This document shows, piece by piece, positions 19,311 to 23,552 of a DNA stretch of 23,552 nt; positions within the stretch are counted from its first letter, which is position 1; each line of letters begins with the position of its first letter. Source of the stretch: Azolla caroliniana (taxonomy: Eukaryota; Plantae; Polypodiophyta); assembly GCA_043228905.1 (NCBI GenBank), contig JBHGNT010000475.1:1-23552 (forward strand), in the 5' to 3' direction. The translations under genes and the position numbers were made by a program. Under the pieces are notes generated by a model. That model saw nothing but the letters and a program-made list of their open reading frames with translations. It did not search any database and had not been told where the DNA came from.

Positions 19311-19543
19311 AAACGTTTTAGATAATCAATTAAAGACCACTACAACATCATTGACTTAATGAAAAAAATTACATATAAACTAAACACATGATTAGATGGG
19401 AGAAGAGAGAATAGAAAAAAAAATTATGGAAAGAGTTACCGAAGTTCTTTGTTGATCGTTGTCTGGATCAAGGCCGACCGCACATCGATCGATCAGCATC
19501 AATCAAAACACAAATGAAAAACAAAGAAACATTAGTACATAAA

Positions 19544-19553
19544 TCTGATACCA
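19544..19553 (-). other. Primer binding site (tRNA-iMet, 10-nt match) of element B
   Basis: Minus strand TGGTATCAGA 2 nt after the 5' LTR. Confidence 0.9.
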
Positions 19554-19555
19554 AA

Positions 19556-20011
19556 TATTAGAGATCTAAGTACTAAAGTAAGCTTAAGATAAGGATAAAC
19601 AAATGATAGATAGAAAGGAGAATGAGAAAGAAGGGTGCCGATCCACCCGACCACCCCCGAGCGAAGGGATCGAGACGGACTCGAGCCTCGATCGGCGTCC
19701 CATACCACCGTCGTGGCGTCGAGTCGTACCTGGTGCTGGCACGCTCGATACAAGAGTTGACCCACCACAAGAGCAGAGTCTCGATGTAGTCAAAAAGATG
19801 ATCAAATGAGGGTAGCGAGGCCTCTTATTTATAGCGATACCCAAGGCCCCCAGGCAAGTTCACACTTGACCTAATGGGTTGTCTCAATCCCGAGGATTAA
19901 AAGTAATCCTCCCCTTCTTTACACTCTCGTTTAACCCTCACACTTATCCACGTGTATAGAATACTACGGTAAATTCTCACCATGGGATATTAAATGGTCA
20001 TGCCCGTAACA
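19556..20011 (-). repeat. 5' LTR of element B
   Basis: Direct repeat of 7726-8181, adjacent to the PBS and followed by TSD TTGTG. Confidence 0.97.
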
Positions 20012-21698
20012 TTGTGGGTCCACACAACCTATCTCTGAAGGTGAAAAAGCAAAGGCTTTACCATGTTGAGATAACATCTTCCAAAATTGGGTTTCTTCAG
20101 CTCGATTGAGGAAGTCACCCCCTCCTATCTAAAGCTTTCCTTGCAAAGAACAATCTTCCTCAAATCCTATAACATTGGTTCTTGCTTCACTCTTTTGAGT
20201 TGATCTATGCTATCAGCTGGCAATGGTTCCGCTACAAGTCAAACTTTTCGATCCAATGTCTTATATTTTGTATGGATGCGAGCAACCATATCCATTTGAT
20301 TCCGGAATGTTGCAATTTCAGTATACATATCCACTGAATTGGCCGGAATAAAAATGACTGACCTTCATTTGAATACAAAGAATTTTCCAGCTCCCCAATG
20401 GTATCCACAAAGGATAATTCCTCCATAACTCCTGACACCTGATCATTCGGTTCTAGAATCCGATATTTAAAAAACATCACCTGAATGTCTTCCACATTTC
20501 CCTAGCTTTTATGATTTAAATCATCAACAGAAGAAAATGAGATTGCTCCGGTATAAGAAACATAAACTTTATTATTGCCGAAACAATTATTCTCATACAG
20601 GGACTTCTGTTGTCCTAGACTATTGCTGTTTTACAATAGTCCTATCTAAAAATCTTGATCATAGGATACATGTAAACTATCATTATTTCGTTCATGATTA
20701 GGTCAAACTGTCTAAAACTATATTGTCCTTCCACTGTCCATATCTTTGATCCTAACATAGGCTTATCCATCATCCAACACCTTTGTCTCCATGCAGACAA
20801 CAACCATGAAGGGTTGACCCAATATAACTAGATATGTGGCTGAATCCTGAATAAAGAAATGTCGAACCACAGTAACACCACCAATTGATACCTCCACATA
20901 TGGGCAAGCTCCCGATAACTCCTCTGATTACTATGTTGCTGCTTGAATCCTCCAATGATGATTAGAAGTTATCCGCCACCCTCCTTGCTTCTAAACATCC
21001 AAGGACATGAGGTTGATCTCCGACTTAACATCAATCAAAGCCATGACTGCATCCGATAAACCACCAAGTTGTAGTTTCGTTTTTGTAGTTGCCTGAGCCT
21101 TGTGATTCCGAGTAAAGTGGTTCATCGGAATATTATCTTCATGCTTCAACACTTGTGTAGATCCTTCTTTTCATCCACCCTCCTTTGCAAACATTGTTGT
21201 ATCAACCAGAATTTGCTTCCTTCGCACCTGCTCCAATAAATCATCCTCTACATCCTTTTCGGAGACCGTCAACAAGTCTCCTAATGGAATTGAGATATGT
21301 TATTTTAGAACATAATTTTCAATGAAAGAGAAAGCATCTACCTCTTGTTCCAATTCAGTCCGCATCTGGAATGTTGGAGATGACTTCTTAGATGCCTGTA
21401 CAGGTTTTGGTTCAGCCATTTGTATGTCCAAATTTTGCTTTTCGGATGGAGAATGAAAATCAGCCCTCTTCAGAACTCATTCATGATCCAACTCTTCCTC
21501 TCTTCTCCTCTACCATCACATCATAATCTGTGGGAATGGTTGGATCACTCTAGCTAGTCCTTTGACAACCATCTTCAATACAAATAGTCTGAATAGTTGG
21601 ATCTTGCTTTGGAATTTCAATTAGTCGAACAATAGGCGAAGTAGAATGGAAAATAGCTTGTGCATGTCGAAGCTCTTCTTCCTCCAAGAGCTTTTTCA
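20012..21698 (-). pseudogene. pol: Element A: degenerate gag-linker/protease/pre-RT region
   Basis: Manual translation gives ALIDVKSEINLMS, GACPYVEVSIGGV, VILGQPF..METKVLDDG, YTKYKTLDRKVRPVA and AFSPSEIGCVDP, which joins LVEPIIIFIVPHMPW at 7720. Confidence 0.8.
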
Positions 21699-21965
21699 TG
21701 TCACAGACATACCAAGCACGGACTGGGACGGAGCACAGATGATGGGGCTACGAGCAACGGGCTACGGACCTGGGGCTAGAAGTCACGAGGTTAGTAACTT
21801 TAGAAGTTGTGAGTGACATGAGAGCATGAAGACAAAGATAAAGACAGAGACAAGATGGAATGAAACAAGAATACTAGATTGATGTGTCAATGAATGGCGT
21901 TGAATCCCTTGAAAGGGACCAAGGAGGTTACAAGTATTTATATTGTGAGTTGAGGAACATGCCTT

Positions 21966-22032
21966 AGAATATTTTGAAGAATATTCTGGAACCGTTTAGA
22001 ACCTTTTGGAACTTTCCAGAACTTTCTAGATG
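21966..22032. promoter_or_regulatory. Heat-shock-element array in solo LTR D
   Basis: GAAtaTTCtgGAAccGTTtaGAAccTTTtgGAActTTCcaGAActTTCtaGA, with strict 5-bp phasing. Confidence 0.7.
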
Positions 22033-22098
22033 TCTAGAGAGTATACCTAGATCAAGTATATCTTATACAATGATATGTAGATAAAGTAAATCTCATAC

Positions 22099-22170
22099 AA
22101 TGCTCATATCAAGATGGTTGAGCATGACGTATTGTTGATGTGAGGTTGCAAGTTCAATCCTATTTTATGT
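22099..22170 (+). other. tRNA-like module, antisense to solo LTR D
   Basis: TGCTCA..TGGT-TGAGCA D-arm-like hairpin; AGGTT-GCAAG-TTCAATC-C. TGGTTGA (22115) to GTTC (22152) is 37 nt. Confidence 0.55.
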
Positions 22171-22185
22171 CACTGTATCGTGACA

Positions 22186-22459
22186 TATCAATCCTCCTCG
22201 CCCAAAATGTGTCCTCAATGGTTGACGAGTCACAGATGAGTGAATCAACCGATCCTTGTAGAATATGTGGTTATTTTGCATAGCCTCCTGATGCTCCACA
22301 CACTTCGATCTTCAATGCTCCAAGATGTCCCACCATAAGCATAAAAAATCCCTGGTTAGAAGAGTTCGTCGCACTTGTGGCTAATGTTGCACCTTTGACG
22401 TGGAAGAAATCTTCTACTCCATGAATTGCTTCACCAACTCATACACATTATTCGGTTGT
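22186..22459 (-). pseudogene. gag: Element A: gag zinc-knuckle region (degenerate)
   Basis: Manual translation CLWWDILEH*RSKC..IFYKDRLIH..PLRTHFGRGG. Confidence 0.7.
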
Positions 22460-22590
22460 TGTTGAGCGGACAAGCTCAACCTGATCCGGATCGACTAAGT
22501 AAGCTAGAGCCGGATTTGTGTCCGGAGAAGAGTGCCAGATCGGAGGGCCAGATTGGAGAGCTGGACCCACGTGTGAACCAGTAGGCCGTT

Positions 22591-22662
22591 TGTTACGGGC
22601 ATGACCATAGAATATCCCGTGGTGAGAATTTACCGTACTATGCTATGGTCATGCCCGTAACA
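22591..22662. mobile_element. Element F: 72-bp inverted-repeat mini-element derived from an element-B-type LTR U3 end
   Basis: 20-bp perfect TIR TGTTACGGGCATGACCATAG/CTATGGTCATGCCCGTAACA; TSD CCGTT at 22586-22590 and 22663-22667; the first 56 nt match B's LTR start at 52/56. Confidence 0.9.
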
Positions 22663-22968
22663 CCGTTGGAGGTCTACACCTAAACTACGAGGTAGTTATC
22701 CTAGGAGTTAATGTCAGTAGCTCAGTACGAGCATTGAAGTACTTATCAATACTTCTGTCAGTCCTTTTAAGGACATGTATAAAAGTGATCTCTGAGCATA
22801 TTGTATGTACAAAGAAAATTTTGTAATTTGAGTTTATGTTGTTCTACTCTCTCTGGCTCTCGTACTTTGTGTGTGTGTAATTCAAGCTCTCTATTAAACC
22901 CGAGGTCTATTTTCTGTTGCTATCCGGTTGAGTCAGTTTGTCTACGCTTCCGCACATTAACTTTCACA

Positions 22969-22980
22969 TGGTATCAGAGC
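22969..22980 (+). other. Primer binding site (tRNA-iMet) of element E
   Basis: TGGTATCAGAGC directly after ..TTTCACA. Confidence 0.92.
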
Positions 22981-23552
22981 GTGAGGGTTCAAAATCCTTT
23001 GCTGCCGACAAGCGATTCCTCAAAGACAAACCCAAACCTAACACCCGGTGTCGTGAAGAATTCTAGCCATATGAAGAAAACGAAGCCGGATGCGCGTGAA
23101 CAGGGGTGTGGACGGATGCATACGAAAATTGTCTTTATGTAGAAACGTGTAAATATCAAGTAGTGCTAGTTGAGTGTTGAGGAATACTAGGTAGAAGTGA
23201 TTCGATAGGTACTTTAAGTCCACATGGATGGAAAGGAATAAAGGGAATTGATGGGAGAAAATTGGTGTCCAGAGAATCGAGAAACAAAAGTGGTTGTCTT
23301 AACAGCCTGATGTAACGGTTTCTCTTTCTCCTTGAGCCATAAAAGGAGGGAGAGAAGAATGAGAGAGATTATCCGAGAATTGGAGAATGAAGTGTTGTCT
23401 GTTTGAGTCCCGAGCTCTGTCGTGAGCTCCCGACTAGAGGCCCATTGTTCTATGTCTGTGTCCGTGTGTGTAGAGCTCGAAGCTCCTTTGCCAACCGCCT
23501 CCGGTGGTAATCTTTCTATTTTCTTTGTAACTCATTAGTTTTGTTGAGTCTC

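Larger units (their letters stand above)
7726..20011 (-). mobile_element. Element B: full-length Ty3/gypsy chromovirus, inactivated, carrying a nested copia
   Basis: Two 456-bp LTRs with about 6 mismatches; perfect TSD TTGTG (7721-7725, 20012-20016); PBS, PPT and gag-PR-RT-RH-IN-chromodomain. Confidence 0.97.
21699..22185 (-). mobile_element. Element D: solo LTR (same architecture as the G and H LTRs)
   Basis: TGTCAC...GTGACA termini; flanks TTTCA/TATCA (TSD, one mismatch); minus-strand TATAAATA at 21942-21935; the host frame (FGRGGL-x-KLLEEE) rejoins across it. Confidence 0.85.
22460..23552 (+). mobile_element. Element E: 5' LTR (about 22460-22968), PBS and start of the internal region of a probable copia element; continues beyond the window
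   Basis: TGTTGAGC start where the host A sequence stops, TATAAAA near 22778, and CTTCCGC..TTTCACA followed by the PBS. No gag is recognisable yet; the left boundary is uncertain by a few nt. Confidence 0.75.

Noticed and set aside
22718-22750. tRNA 5'-half look-alike in LTR E (TAGCTCAGTACGAGC plus ATTGA..TCAAT stem)
   Set aside because: It lacks the D-loop GG, a T-arm/B box and an acceptor stem, so it could be chance.
22801-23223. ORFs near element E's PBS as gag
   Set aside because: They overlap the LTR/PBS or run antisense and show no gag motifs.

Overview
Plant-type heterochromatic window (probably a non-seed plant such as a fern, lycophyte or moss; inferred from the element families) made almost entirely of nested retrotransposons, with no host gene. 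Left to right: (H) a minus-strand Ty3/gypsy remnant (gag plus partial LTR, 1-1079) inserted in (G) a degenerate plus-strand Tcn1-like chromovirus (1080-5205); (I) a LINE fragment (5206-6737) split by (J) a copia-family solo LTR (5446-6098); (A) an old minus-strand gypsy element (6738-22459, in pieces) that hosts (B) a full-length chromovirus (7726-20011, TSD TTGTG), which in turn hosts (C) a young full-length Tnt1/Tork-like copia with an uninterrupted ORF (11731-17047, TSD GACCC); then (D) a solo LTR (21699-22185) and (E) a copia-like LTR plus PBS (from 22460). Two observations stand out. First, a 72-bp element (22591-22662) built from two inverted copies of element B's U3 terminus, with TG..CA ends and a perfect 5-bp TSD. 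Second, three divergent LTRs share one architecture: an outward-pointing tRNA-like (Pol III A/B-box) module, a heat-shock-element array, then a TATA box. All alignments and counts were done by eye.
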